This document shows, in pieces, positions 1 to 9,178 of a DNA stretch of 32,000 nt. The notes beneath the pieces are model-generated. The model was not told the DNA's origin. It saw only the letters and a list, made by a program, of their open reading frames with translations, and made no database searches. This DNA is from Aliivibrio fischeri ES114. Its GTDB lineage: Bacteria > Pseudomonadota > Gammaproteobacteria > Enterobacterales > Vibrionaceae. Every line of letters starts with the position of its first letter. The stretch's first letter is position 1. Location of the stretch: assembly GCF_000011805.1 (NCBI RefSeq), contig NC_006841.2, one strand, 5' to 3'. The position numbers were made by a program, and so were the translations under genes.

Positions 1-981
1 TCTGTCTTTCATCATATCTTGTAATGCAACCATACCAAGCGTTGCACAAACACCAATAAAGAAACCATTCAGTATTTGAGCTATTAACATTGAAGTAAAG
101 CTGGTGCTTGAAAGCATAACAAGAAAGAACATAGCGCCAGATATAACACCAAGGGTCATTACTCTGGTTGTACCCATTTTCTCAGCCATTTTTCCTGCTC
201 CAAGCATCACAGGGATCTCGCATGCTGCAGCCACACCAAACATCAGTCCTAACCAACTAACATCCACTTGTAACTCTTGTGAAAGATACAAAGGCATACT
301 TGTAATGTACAAATTGTTAGCTGAAAAGGCACAGACGATAATGAAACAATAGAGGATTACTATGCGTCCGAGAGGCTTATGTTCAGTAATTGCGGCTGTT
401 TTTTCTTCTTTTGTTACGACGTTATCAGGAATAAATTTAGCAATGATCAGTATTGCTACTGATACTGTTATAGCAGAGACAGCAAATGCTGCACTGAATC
501 CAAATTGTGCTTTAAGCATGAATGCTGCTGGTGGGCCAAATACCCAAGCTATGGCAAGACCCGCTCGCATTGTTGCTAAAAAACTGGTGCTGTTGGTAAC
601 GTGTCTGTCACCATATTCACGACCTAAAGCAAACAGTTGACCAAAAGAAGCACCACTTACGCTCCCAAATACGACCGCCATGGTAATCGCTAACCAATAA
701 TCACGAATAACAGTAAAACTGGCGACTAAAATTAAGTAGCTTGCTAGTGATATCATCAGAATGGTTTTACGATTCCAATGCGTGTCTGAGCGTTTAGCAA
801 TAAATTGAGATACGATCACTGAACTGCTGACTGCAAGTGTCATATATAGACTCAGCATCATTGGTGAAGCATCTAGCTCTTCAACAATGAATAGGCTTGA
901 TAGTGGATAAAAAAATGCACTGCAAAGCCCCGTTATAAAAGCGGTAAAAATAAATAGTAAAGAGGTTTTATCTTTATACAT
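1..981 (-). CDS. MFS transporter, Set/SotB-like sugar-efflux family (partial; 3' end runs off the window)
   Basis: Absent from the ORF track because it has no stop codon inside the window. The reverse complement of 979-981 is ATG, and the frame stays open for 327 codons down to position 1 (MYKDKTSLLFIFTAFITGLCSAFFYPLSSLFIVEELDASP...GPPAAFMLKAQFGFSAAF...LQDMMKDR). It has a multi-TM hydrophobic pattern and resembles SetA/SetB-type MFS exporters from memory. The + strand ORFs at 104-352 and 362-640 are its antisense shadows. Confidence 0.75.
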   Translation of the reverse strand, partial: MYKDKTSLLFIFTAFITGLCSAFFYPLSSLFIVEELDASPMMLSLYMTLAVSSSVIVSQFIAKRSDTHWNRKTILMISLASYLILVASFTVIRDYWLAITMAVVFGSVSGASFGQLFALGREYGDRHVTNSTSFLATMRAGLAIAWVFGPPAAFMLKAQFGFSAAFAVSAITVSVAILIIAKFIPDNVVTKEEKTAAITEHKPLGRIVILYCFIIVCAFSANNLYITSMPLYLSQELQVDVSWLGLMFGVAAACEIPVMLGAGKMAEKMGTTRVMTLGVISGAMFFLVMLSSTSFTSMLIAQILNGFFIGVCATLGMVALQDMMKDR

Positions 982-1172
982 AACTCAATTCCAGTATACG
1001 AAATGTGGTTTAAGTGATCATTTGGTTTTACGGGTAGTCTACTTAATGATGAGCCTATTAATTGATGTTATTCGAGCTAGATCTAATACTATTCATTCAT
1101 CTTGTTATGCTTCTTTGACAGAAAATTATCACCATACTATTCTGAAACGGAAAGGAATCGATTGGAGTAGCA

Positions 1173-2060
1173 ATGAAGCTGTTTAAAGAGCATGTACTGA
1201 ATTTACCTAATTTTGACTGGATCGTAAGAGAGTTTCATTGTCGAGTTGAAGATAATGAGTTTGCGTGCTCTTGGCATTATCATTCTGAGTATGAATTGGT
1301 GTTGTATCTTGATCCTGATGGGGCATTTCAAGGTAGCTATTTTGCAGGTGATGCAATTGGTGATATTCACCATAATTCTTTATTTCTTTATGGCCCTGGT
1401 TTACCTCATATGGTGGCAGGAAGAAGTGTGAAGGTAGAACAGTCAAAGCACCACACTTTAATTATCTGGTTTGCTCATCATTGGGTTGAACGCTTAATTG
1501 CACTTATTCCTGAAGCAAGAAACTTAAAACGTTTATTGGATAATTCGGCTTATGGACTGTCGTTTAGCGTAGAGGTAGCACTGAAGGTATCGGAATTATT
1601 AAAACAAGCAACATCATTAGATCGCCACCAACAAGCTGTAAAAGTTATTGAGATAGTAGTGAGCCTTGCTGATGATATTGAAGCAAAGAAATTATCAACA
1701 ACACCTTATCGAATTAAACCTCTTTCGGACGATTCAGAATTTAATCACCGCATTGAACGAGCGACGAGATACATAGAAAAACACTATGGTGATGCGATAA
1801 AGATTGCTGATTTATGCAAACGACTTCATATGAGTGAGAGCTCGGCTTATCGTATGTTTGAAAAACATTATGGGATGAGTTTTTCTGATCATATAAAGCA
1901 ATACCGCATTGGTAAAGCTTGTGAATTGTTAGCGAGTACTAACTTACCTGTTTCGCTTGTTGCTGAGAAAACAGGGTTTAAAAATATATCTAATTTTAAT
2001 CGTCAGTTTAAGGAGTTAAAAACCATGACGCCGAGTGATTTTCGACGTCGATTTAATTAG
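1173..2060 (+). CDS. AraC/XylS-family transcriptional regulator
   Basis: 295-aa ORF with GGAG 5 nt upstream of the ATG. The C-terminus has the double HTH typical of the family (IKIADLCKRLHMSESSAYRMFEKHYGMSF...ISNFNRQFKELKTMTPSDFRR). The N-terminal half looks like a cupin-type sensor. It is transcribed divergently from the MFS gene. Confidence 0.9.
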   Translation: MKLFKEHVLNLPNFDWIVREFHCRVEDNEFACSWHYHSEYELVLYLDPDGAFQGSYFAGDAIGDIHHNSLFLYGPGLPHMVAGRSVKVEQSKHHTLIIWFAHHWVERLIALIPEARNLKRLLDNSAYGLSFSVEVALKVSELLKQATSLDRHQQAVKVIEIVVSLADDIEAKKLSTTPYRIKPLSDDSEFNHRIERATRYIEKHYGDAIKIADLCKRLHMSESSAYRMFEKHYGMSFSDHIKQYRIGKACELLASTNLPVSLVAEKTGFKNISNFNRQFKELKTMTPSDFRRRFN

Positions 2061-2130
2061 AACAGAACTTTGGTTACAGCTGATAAATTACGTTATTATT
2101 TATTACCTTCTAAATTTGGTTGATGTTCTT

Positions 2131-3033
2131 ATGCCTATCACCTCTTTTTCACTGATCCCTGTAGGGGTTAGATTTATGTTTCTTTCAGCGCTTGGATTCG
2201 CGCTTATGTCTGCGTGTGTAAAATACGTGAGTAATTACGGTATTCCAGTATTTGAAATTGTGGCAGCAAGGGCGCTCGTTTCTTTAATAATTAGCTATGC
2301 TGATGTGAAACGAAAAGGCATTTCGATATGGGGAAATAATAAGCCATTACTTCTTGCTCGTGGGGCAGTAGGTACAACGGCTCTTATGTGTGTTTACTAT
2401 GCAGTGACGACTCTACCTTTGGCTGAAGCTACGATCTTACAATATGTACATCCTATTTTTACTGCATTGCTCGGCGTTCTATTTCTTAAAGAACACATTC
2501 AAAAATCAACCATGATCTGCATTGCGTTCTGTCTTGCTGGATTGTTTGTCATGGTTCAGCCAAGCATGGACAGTGGAAGCACGAGTGAACTGCCAATTTT
2601 TAGTATCGCTGTTGCTTTGTGTGGTGCGTTAGGGAGCTCTATTGCTTATGTGATAGTTAGAAAACTCAGCCAGACAGAAGACAGCTCCGTTATTATCTTT
2701 TATTTCCCATTAGTGGCATTACCTATCTCAACTGTACTGATTTGGAATGACTTTGTATGGCCAAGTTTGTTCCTTACGATGATCTTGATTTTAATCGGCA
2801 TCTTCACACAAATTGGGCAATACGGACTGACCAAAGCTATGCAAACCCAAGCCGCGGGTAAAGCGTCTGCTTACTCTTATGTACAGATTGTCTTTTCAGC
2901 GTTATTAGGTGTTTGGATATTTAATGAAATTCCATCCATTTGGACATATTTAGGTGGTGGCTTGATTGTGACTGGTGCACTAATTAACGTATTTGGTAAG
3001 CAGTCGGTTTCTACTCTCAAGAAAAGTAGTTAG
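2131..3033 (+). CDS. EamA/DMT-superfamily transporter (10-TM permease)
   Basis: The ORF is open from 2035, but the first 32 codons overlap the AraC gene end and are not membrane-like. ATG at 2131 (MPITSFSLIPVGVRFMFLSALGFALMSACVKYV) gives a typical EamA N-terminus. Two EamA-like hydrophobic repeats run through the protein. Confidence 0.85.
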   Translation: MPITSFSLIPVGVRFMFLSALGFALMSACVKYVSNYGIPVFEIVAARALVSLIISYADVKRKGISIWGNNKPLLLARGAVGTTALMCVYYAVTTLPLAEATILQYVHPIFTALLGVLFLKEHIQKSTMICIAFCLAGLFVMVQPSMDSGSTSELPIFSIAVALCGALGSSIAYVIVRKLSQTEDSSVIIFYFPLVALPISTVLIWNDFVWPSLFLTMILILIGIFTQIGQYGLTKAMQTQAAGKASAYSYVQIVFSALLGVWIFNEIPSIWTYLGGGLIVTGALINVFGKQSVSTLKKSS

Positions 3034-3048
3034 ACATAAAATCAATGA

Positions 3049-3076
3049 AAGCGCTAATTTACTTAAGTTAGCGCTT
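3049..3076. terminator. Hairpin between convergent genes (EamA transporter / LysR regulator)
   Basis: AAGCGCTAA (3049-3057) pairs perfectly with TTAGCGCTT (3068-3076) around a 10-nt loop. Moderately T-rich sequence follows on both strands. Confidence 0.5.
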
Positions 3077-3114
3077 ACTCTCTTTGATAAGTTAGGTATG
3101 ATTAGAAGAAGTTA

Positions 3115-3999
3115 TTACTCAGACAGCTTTTGTTTTAAAAAATCAATAAAACAGCGCACTTTGAGTGGCGTATAACGACGTTGTGGGTAGATGGCATTGA
3201 TAGGTAACTGTTGACCTGAATACTTTGTCATTATCTGGCGTAAATGTCCCGATGTTAAGTGCGCTTTAGCCATCCAAATAGGTAAAGAAACAATGCCCAC
3301 TCCTGTAAGCGCCACATCTAACAATACATCGCCATTATCGCTTTGAAAATTTCCCTTTACAGGCACTGAATATTCTTTTTCTCCATGATTAAAATTCCAT
3401 ATATGCGCATCTTGTAGGCCTGAATAAATTAAGCAGTTATGTGTGGAGAGTTCGTTCGGATGTTTAGGCTCACCATATTGTTCTAAGTAATCAGGTGACG
3501 CGAATAAGTACATAGGATTATCCAAAAGATGACGGGCAACTAAAGAGGAATCTTCGAGATTTTTTGCTCTAATAGCGACATCAATACCTTCACTAATTAA
3601 ATTCACGTGCTTATCATTGAGAAGTAAATCAATTTTAATATCAGGATAATGTTGGAAGAATTCAGCAACGATAGGAGCAAGAAGAAAGCGACCAAAAGCA
3701 ACGGGTGCGGTGATTCTTATACTTCCTTGAGGCAGTGTTGCTTTAGAGCGGACCTTGGCTTCTACTTCATCAAGTTCACTTAGAATATTAACGCAGGTCT
3801 GATAATAATCACTTCCGGCAGGAGTTAACGAATGATCTCTGCTGCTTCGAGTTAACAGTTTTACGCCTATTTGATTTTCAAGCGCCGCGACTTTTTTACT
3901 TATGGTGGTTTGAGAGGTATTCATCTCTTTACCTGTAGCTGAAAAGCTGCCTGTTTCGACGACTCGAACAAAGGCTCTCATTGCACTTAACTGATCCAT
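3115..3999 (-). CDS. LysR-family transcriptional regulator
   Basis: 294 aa. N-terminal winged HTH (MDQLSAMRAFVRVVETGSFSATGKEMNTSQTTISKKVAALENQIGVKLLTRSSR) followed by a LysR substrate-binding domain. Divergent from the peroxiredoxin-like gene. Confidence 0.9.
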   Translation of the reverse strand: MDQLSAMRAFVRVVETGSFSATGKEMNTSQTTISKKVAALENQIGVKLLTRSSRDHSLTPAGSDYYQTCVNILSELDEVEAKVRSKATLPQGSIRITAPVAFGRFLLAPIVAEFFQHYPDIKIDLLLNDKHVNLISEGIDVAIRAKNLEDSSLVARHLLDNPMYLFASPDYLEQYGEPKHPNELSTHNCLIYSGLQDAHIWNFNHGEKEYSVPVKGNFQSDNGDVLLDVALTGVGIVSLPIWMAKAHLTSGHLRQIMTKYSGQQLPINAIYPQRRYTPLKVRCFIDFLKQKLSE

Positions 4000-4162
4000 A
4001 GGTTACTCAATTATTCCAAAAACGCATACTTGGTAGTCATTTTAGCATGGTTCTAGTCTAATTTGTTTATGTCTATACTCTCTTTCAAGCAATAAATACT
4101 TATCTATTTACATTAATTGTGAGTAATTATTCTAAAAGAGAATAGTGCTCAAGGAGCGAACC

Positions 4163-4696
4163 ATGACAACACATAAATTTATCGCTGGTGATGTATTTCC
4201 TACAATCCAACTTCCTACGTTAGATAACAATCTTATTAATCTTTCGGAACCACAAAATGGGGCAGATTGGAAATTGGTAGTGGTATATCGTGGTAAGCAT
4301 TGCCCATTGTGTACTCGTTACCTAAATGAGTTAGAAACATTAAAAAGTCGTTTTCTTGCTCTGGGAGTGGATATTGTTGCAGTATCGGCTGACAGTGAAG
4401 CTCAATTGACTTCTCATATGGCACAATTATCAGTGAGTTTTCCGATAGCTTATGGTTTGACGATAGAGCAGATGCAAATGTTGGGATTGTATATTTCAGA
4501 GCCTCGTTCTGAGCAAGAAACGGATCATATCTTTGCAGAACCAGGTCTTTTTGTAATCAATGAGAAAGGGCAAGTACAGGTCATTGATATTTCAAATGGG
4601 CCTTTTGTTCGTCCTGATTTGAATGTATTACTCTCTGGTCTTGAGTTTATCCGTAATCCAGAAAACAATTACCCTATCCGTGGTATGTATAATTAA
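4163..4696 (+). CDS. Peroxiredoxin-like / AhpC-TSA (redoxin) family thiol oxidoreductase
   Basis: The track ORF starts at GTG 4145, but ATG 4163 has AAGGAG (4151-4156) 6 nt upstream. Thioredoxin-fold signature: WKLVVVYRGKHCPLCTRYLNEL with a CPLC motif. Confidence 0.8.
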   Translation: MTTHKFIAGDVFPTIQLPTLDNNLINLSEPQNGADWKLVVVYRGKHCPLCTRYLNELETLKSRFLALGVDIVAVSADSEAQLTSHMAQLSVSFPIAYGLTIEQMQMLGLYISEPRSEQETDHIFAEPGLFVINEKGQVQVIDISNGPFVRPDLNVLLSGLEFIRNPENNYPIRGMYN

Positions 4697-4722
4697 GCGT
4701 AACTAATTGTATTAATTGATTG

Positions 4723-4760
4723 AAAAGGGGCCAACAATTCTACTTTGTTAGCCCCTTAAA
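4723..4760 (-). terminator. Rho-independent terminator downstream of the 123-aa gene
   Basis: AAGGGGC (4725-4731) pairs with GCCCCTT (4751-4757), and inner AACAA (4733-4737) pairs with TTGTT (4745-4749). There is one C/A mismatch and a 7-nt loop. On the minus strand the stem is followed by TTTTCAATC. On the plus strand the tail is A-rich, so it probably acts only weakly for the upstream + gene. Confidence 0.6.
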
Positions 4761-4785
4761 ATGCATAATGCTATGTATGTGAGTG

Positions 4786-5157
4786 TTACTCAACGTCGCA
4801 ATTAGTGCAGCTTTGTAGTGCGATTTCGTGTTCAAAAACTAATGCATCATTTTCAGCCAGAAGTTCTGCAATTTCATCTGCTACTTCTTTCTCATCATCA
4901 GCTTCAATTTGACCTTCTAGCTCTTCTTCTGAATAACCGTAGAAGTTCAGTAATAAGTAATCACGAGCTTCTGCTTTAGTACAAGTTACGTTTACTGAAA
5001 GATCAGCTTCAACGTTGCCTTGTTCGATAATTGCAGCCAGTTGCGCTTGAACATCTTCTTTCATTGTTGCGGTTAACCAACCAAGGTCAGTATTCACTTT
5101 GGTTTTTTTACAGTTAAAACAAGGCAGTTCGTGAAAGTAGTATTGAAAATTAGTCAT
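4786..5157 (-). CDS. Hypothetical acidic protein with terminal Cys pairs (family not recognised)
   Basis: 123-aa ORF. CFNC near the N-terminus and CTNC four residues from the C-terminus. Highly acidic C-terminal half (EEELEGQIEADDEKEVADEIAELLAEND). A terminator lies downstream. Confidence 0.6.
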   Translation of the reverse strand: MTNFQYYFHELPCFNCKKTKVNTDLGWLTATMKEDVQAQLAAIIEQGNVEADLSVNVTCTKAEARDYLLLNFYGYSEEELEGQIEADDEKEVADEIAELLAENDALVFEHEIALQSCTNCDVE

Positions 5158-5232
5158 AGGTCATTTCTCTTTTGAGTGTTGTATCGCAAGATTATGCGCG
5201 TTTTTGAGGAAAATACTATATTAATAGAGTTA

Positions 5233-6129
5233 TTAGCCTGAAAAGTAGGACTTTATTTTTTCTCGCAACCACATATTTGCCGGTCTTTGTCGCTCTCGAT
5301 TATGGGTTAATAAACGATACTTAACTGGTTTAGATGTAAATGGGCAATCTAACATTTGTATATCCAGTTTATCAGCAAATGCGGTTGCGATACTTTCGGT
5401 CACCATCGCAATGCAATCACTTGTCGCGACCATCGACATTAATGACACAAGAGAGGTGCACTCTGCGGCTACTTGTCGTTCGCTTAGTCGTTCCTCGGTA
5501 AAATAATCTGCCATGTAGGTATCTTCACGACGTAACTTTAACGTAATGTGTTTCTCGGCATAAAACTGCTCACGAGTAACGCCACCTGTCAATCTTGGAT
5601 GCTTTTTCCTAGCAATGAGCCGGAGCTGATCATCAAATAAATGTTCGGTAAAAAATGAGCCTGTTGAATAGTTGGATATTTCAATAGCGAGATCAGCTTG
5701 ATGTTGATTGAGTGCTTGAATTAGCGCTTCTTCATTAGAGTGCGTCGGGTGCAACTCAATAGTGACATTACCCAAGCTTCTGTCTGCTTCCAACTTCGGT
5801 AGCAGCATTAACATTACAGGCTCTGAGGTATATATAACGAACTTGCGTGGATACTGGGTCGAAAAGCCCTCTAACCCTTCTAATGCGTTGTTGATTTGAG
5901 CTAATGCAGGCTCAACATGACGAATTAATTCTTGAGCATGCTGTGTTGGAATAATCCCTCGTCCTGAACGAATAAACAGCTGACTTCCCACCTGTTGTTG
6001 TAAACGCTTAAGTAAACCGCTTACTCCCGGTTGCGTTAATCCCATTTCTTCTGCGGCTAAAGTAATCGACTGGTGGCGATAAACCACCACAAACACTTTT
6101 AATAAGTTTAGATCTATATTTGAAACCAT
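5233..6129 (-). CDS. LysR-family transcriptional regulator
   Basis: The ORF is open to 6198, but ATG at 6129 (MVSNIDLNLLKVFVVVYRHQSITLAAEEMGLTQPGVSGLLKRLQQQVG) gives the canonical LysR HTH start and is preceded by GAGGGAAAGG. Divergent from the alkyl sulfatase gene. Confidence 0.85.
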   Translation of the reverse strand: MVSNIDLNLLKVFVVVYRHQSITLAAEEMGLTQPGVSGLLKRLQQQVGSQLFIRSGRGIIPTQHAQELIRHVEPALAQINNALEGLEGFSTQYPRKFVIYTSEPVMLMLLPKLEADRSLGNVTIELHPTHSNEEALIQALNQHQADLAIEISNYSTGSFFTEHLFDDQLRLIARKKHPRLTGGVTREQFYAEKHITLKLRREDTYMADYFTEERLSERQVAAECTSLVSLMSMVATSDCIAMVTESIATAFADKLDIQMLDCPFTSKPVKYRLLTHNRERQRPANMWLREKIKSYFSG

Positions 6130-6246
6130 CCTTTCCCTCAAACATAACATTTCGTGATGTGTTAAATACAGTTTCATGCATGTATCGCTATGTGTCAATG
6201 CGCTAAATTAGCTCCATACCAATACGAATTCCCAAAGAGGCTACTT

Positions 6247-8268
6247 ATGAAAACTCGTTTTACTCTTTCAGTTCTTTCACTCTCTGTTATAGTTTCATTT
6301 GGTGCAGCAGCCAATGATTATGCATCTATTGATACGTACGAGGGAAAAGCGGCATCTAAGTTCACCGAAAATGCCAATACCGCAGTGGCAAAGAGCCTTC
6401 CTTGGGAAGATACGTCCGCGTTTAAACGTACTACCCGTGGCCTTATTGCCGAGTTTGGTACGCATGAAGCAGGCGAGCTTAAAAATCGTTTTGAATACAT
6501 GGCGGATATGTCTGTTGAAGACTTACCACCTTCAGTAAACCCATCAATTTGGCGTCAAGGAATGCTAAATTACGCTGCCGGTGGTCTGTACGAAGTGACG
6601 GATGGAGTATATCAAATTCGTGGTGCTGACTTATCAAACATGACTATCTACCGCACAGATAATGGCTATGTGATTCACGATCCACTTCTGTCTCGTCAAG
6701 CTGCGGCAGCTTCTTGGGAATTCGCAAAACAGCATCTACCTGCGATTAATGGTGAGCACAAAATTACCGGTATGATCTACTCACATATGCACGCCGATCA
6801 CTTTGGTGGTTCACGTGGTGTCTATGAATCAGGTGATTTTGCTAAAGATGCTGAAATCTACGCACCAAAAGACTTTATCAAAGAGCTGGCTGATGAGAAT
6901 GTCATAGCAGGCACCGCAATGGGGCGTCGTGCAAACTACCAGTATGGAACTACATTGGATAACAACGCGAAAGGTATTGTTGATAACGCTCTTGGCTTAG
7001 GCACGTCACGTGGTGAAGTAACACTTGTTGCACCGACAATTGAGATTCAAGAGCGCGAAAAAGTCATTAATATTGATGGACTCGATTTCCACGCAATCAA
7101 CATGCCGGGTGCTGAAGCGCCTGCTGAGATTGTATTATACGTACCAGAATACCGTTCACTGAATACCGCAGAGCTCACTTATGATGGTATGCATAACATT
7201 TATACTTTCCGTGGCGCCAAAGTTCGTGATTCATTGGTGTGGACTAAATACCTAACGGAGCTAAAGATGCGTTTTGTTGATAATGGGTTGGTAGACAATA
7301 TTCATGCGGCACATTCGGCACCTGTATGGAATGATACTAGTACTAACGTAAACGAAATTTCTGAGTACATGACGTTACAGCGTGATAACTATGGTTTCAT
7401 TCATAATCAGTCTATGCGCTTAGCCAATCACGGTGTGACGATTCATGATGTGGGTCGTCAAATTGAAGAGATCGTTCCACAGTCTCAAATCGATACTTGG
7501 CACACCAACGGTTATCACGGTTCATACAGCCATAATGCTCGTGCAGTGGTAAATCTGTACCTTGGATACCACGATATGAACCCAGTGAATACCAACCCAC
7601 TACAAACTAAAGATCAATCTTGTGTGTATGTGAATGCCGCAGGTGCCGACGTACTATATAAAGCGGGTATGGCTCACTTTAATGCTGGTGAATATCAAGA
7701 ATCATCTCAACTGTTTAATGACTTAGTACAATGTAACCCGAACAACATTGATTACCGTTTTGCACTCGCTGACAGCTTTGAACAGCAAGGTTACCAGTCT
7801 GAAACCATGGCGTGGCGTAACAGCTACTTGCAAGGTGCGGTTGAACTGCGTACTGGTGAGATCCAAGAGTCAATCAAACTCGCTTCACCTGATGTAATAG
7901 CAAACACTCCAACGGGCATGTTCTTAGACTTTATTGCTGTGAGTTTGAACGCACCAAAAGCAGAAGCCGCAGGTCTTGACTTTAACTTCGGTGTTTACCA
8001 CCCAGATCTTGGAGAGCGTTACTACGGTGAAGTGTCTAATGCGAATATGGCTAACATTGAAGTCGATAAGCTGCCAAAAGTTGATTTTGAATTAATCATC
8101 AACAAAGCAGATCTCACAAAAGTAGCTCTTGGTGAAACAACCTTAGATGCATTATTAAAATTTGGTCAAGCGGGTGTGAAAGGCGATGCATCACTGCTAG
8201 ATCAACTGGCGGGTTCACTAGATAAATTTGATGGCATGTTTGAAATTCTACCAATGCCAAGCAAATAA
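6247..8268 (+). CDS. Alkyl/aryl sulfatase, metallo-beta-lactamase fold (SdsA1/YjcS/BDS1-type), secreted
   Basis: ATG 6247 has AGAGG 6 nt upstream and yields a signal peptide (MKTRFTLSVLSLSVIVSFGAAANDY). MBL motif YSHMHADHFGG. The length and long C-terminal extension are typical of type III alkyl sulfatases (dimerisation plus SCP2-like domains). Confidence 0.85.
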   Translation: MKTRFTLSVLSLSVIVSFGAAANDYASIDTYEGKAASKFTENANTAVAKSLPWEDTSAFKRTTRGLIAEFGTHEAGELKNRFEYMADMSVEDLPPSVNPSIWRQGMLNYAAGGLYEVTDGVYQIRGADLSNMTIYRTDNGYVIHDPLLSRQAAAASWEFAKQHLPAINGEHKITGMIYSHMHADHFGGSRGVYESGDFAKDAEIYAPKDFIKELADENVIAGTAMGRRANYQYGTTLDNNAKGIVDNALGLGTSRGEVTLVAPTIEIQEREKVINIDGLDFHAINMPGAEAPAEIVLYVPEYRSLNTAELTYDGMHNIYTFRGAKVRDSLVWTKYLTELKMRFVDNGLVDNIHAAHSAPVWNDTSTNVNEISEYMTLQRDNYGFIHNQSMRLANHGVTIHDVGRQIEEIVPQSQIDTWHTNGYHGSYSHNARAVVNLYLGYHDMNPVNTNPLQTKDQSCVYVNAAGADVLYKAGMAHFNAGEYQESSQLFNDLVQCNPNNIDYRFALADSFEQQGYQSETMAWRNSYLQGAVELRTGEIQESIKLASPDVIANTPTGMFLDFIAVSLNAPKAEAAGLDFNFGVYHPDLGERYYGEVSNANMANIEVDKLPKVDFELIINKADLTKVALGETTLDALLKFGQAGVKGDASLLDQLAGSLDKFDGMFEILPMPSK

Positions 8269-8304
8269 CATTTAATGAAAAAAATGCCCTATTGTGGGCA
8301 ATGT

Positions 8305-8336
8305 AATGCCAGTCAGTTAAGTTGACTGGCATTTTT
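8305..8336 (+). terminator. Rho-independent terminator of the sulfatase gene
   Basis: AATGCCAGTCA (8305-8315) pairs perfectly with TGACTGGCATT (8323-8333) around a 7-nt loop, followed by a T-run to 8336. Confidence 0.75.
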
Positions 8337-8397
8337 AGTTTGGTGGAAAGGGGAGTTTATTGGTTGATATTAATGTATTGGTGTATGCGAGTTAAGT

Positions 8398-8412
8398 CAT
8401 TTGTTTATATTG
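8398..8412 (+). repeat. Left copy of a 15-bp perfect inverted repeat flanking the ATPase-HNH cassette
   Basis: CATTTGTTTATATTG at 8398-8412. The exact reverse complement occurs at 10636-10650. Confidence 0.6.
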
Positions 8413-8458
8413 GTTCACTCTAGCTGATGAGGGAGTGGGCTCAATAAAACAGTACGTA

Positions 8459-8487
8459 CTAACTCGTTTTGGATAATTTCGAGTTAG
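8459..8487 (-). terminator. Candidate terminator hairpin downstream of the HNH gene
   Basis: CTAACTCG (8459-8466) pairs perfectly with CGAGTTAG (8480-8487) around a 13-nt loop. On the minus strand a weak tail follows (TACGTACTGTTTT). Confidence 0.3.
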
Positions 8488-8542
8488 AGATATTTATGGT
8501 GAAATTATTACTTCAAGTATGGAAAGCTATTTTGTTCTTTAG

Positions 8543-9178
8543 TTACTTGCTCACCTCAGCTGCGTCTGCCTTACTTTTTTTAATTAACTCTACAGCATAG
8601 TCTAACATCTCCGGACTCTGATCATTCGCAGCTGCAAGAAGTGCCGCTTTCAGACCTAGATCGACTTTGTTCCTCCCTCCAGCCTTGTGGTAACGAAGAA
8701 GCCCACAAACCTCTATCGTGTTTCGCCCTTTCTCTGTTTGGAATAGATATACTGCGCCAGGAACAGCAACTTTAATGTGCTCATCATAATCATCAAAATG
8801 TGGATGAATAATGCGATAATTTGTACTTTTTCGAGGAAAATTCTTATATGTCTTTCCTTTTGTAGATGTTCTGGTGCCTTTAGCTCCATTGCAATCCTTA
8901 CATGAAACGCAGAGATTCAATGGTTCGAACATCCATTGCGGTGAGCTGTCTTTATCAATGATGTGTTCTGTGTCCCACACCATACCATGAGTTGTGTGCA
9001 TACTTACCTGACAATAGGCACAGGTTCTATCTTGTTCAGCTATGTAATGCTTCTTGATGTTCGACTTCATTGTCGTCACACGGCAGTCGTCCCACTTTTG
9101 CTGAGGGGAGAGAGTATCACCTTGGACATTCTTAACGATTTGGGACTCTTCTTCACTCAATTCATAGGGCTTCATCAT
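8543..9178 (-). CDS. HNH endonuclease, zinc-ribbon type (PtuB/TIGR02646-like; candidate defence nuclease)
   Basis: 211 aa. CAYC (aa 53-56), DTEHIIDK (His72), PLNLCVSCKDCNGAKG (aa 86-101), then IIHPHFDDYDEH. The start codon overlaps the upstream ATPase stop codon (ATGA at 9175-9178). Confidence 0.85.
   Translation of the reverse strand: MMKPYELSEEESQIVKNVQGDTLSPQQKWDDCRVTTMKSNIKKHYIAEQDRTCAYCQVSMHTTHGMVWDTEHIIDKDSSPQWMFEPLNLCVSCKDCNGAKGTRTSTKGKTYKNFPRKSTNYRIIHPHFDDYDEHIKVAVPGAVYLFQTEKGRNTIEVCGLLRYHKAGGRNKVDLGLKAALLAAANDQSPEMLDYAVELIKKSKADAAEVSK

Noticed and set aside
104-640. Two + strand ORFs (82 and 92 aa) from the ORF track
   Set aside because: They lie antisense within a long uninterrupted minus-strand frame (1-981) that encodes a convincing MFS transporter. 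Their translations are low-complexity shadows of a membrane protein.
2035-2130. 5' extensions of track ORFs (2035 for EamA; also 4145 for the peroxiredoxin-like gene, 6190 for the sulfatase, 6198 for the LysR gene, 27041 for the LysR gene, 18352 for adaptor 1)
   Set aside because: In each case an internal start has a better Shine-Dalgarno sequence and yields the canonical family N-terminus (signal peptide, HTH or lipobox). The extensions overlap neighbouring genes or promoters.
8496-8600. 34-aa hydrophobic + strand ORF (MVKLLLQVWKAILFFSYLLTSAASALLFLINSTA) antisense to the 3' end of the HNH gene, considered as an antitoxin-like or small membrane partner
   Set aside because: It has a weak ribosome-binding context, and half of it is simply the antisense of HNH coding sequence. 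Hydrophobic antisense ORFs are common in AT-rich DNA. Nothing independent supports it.
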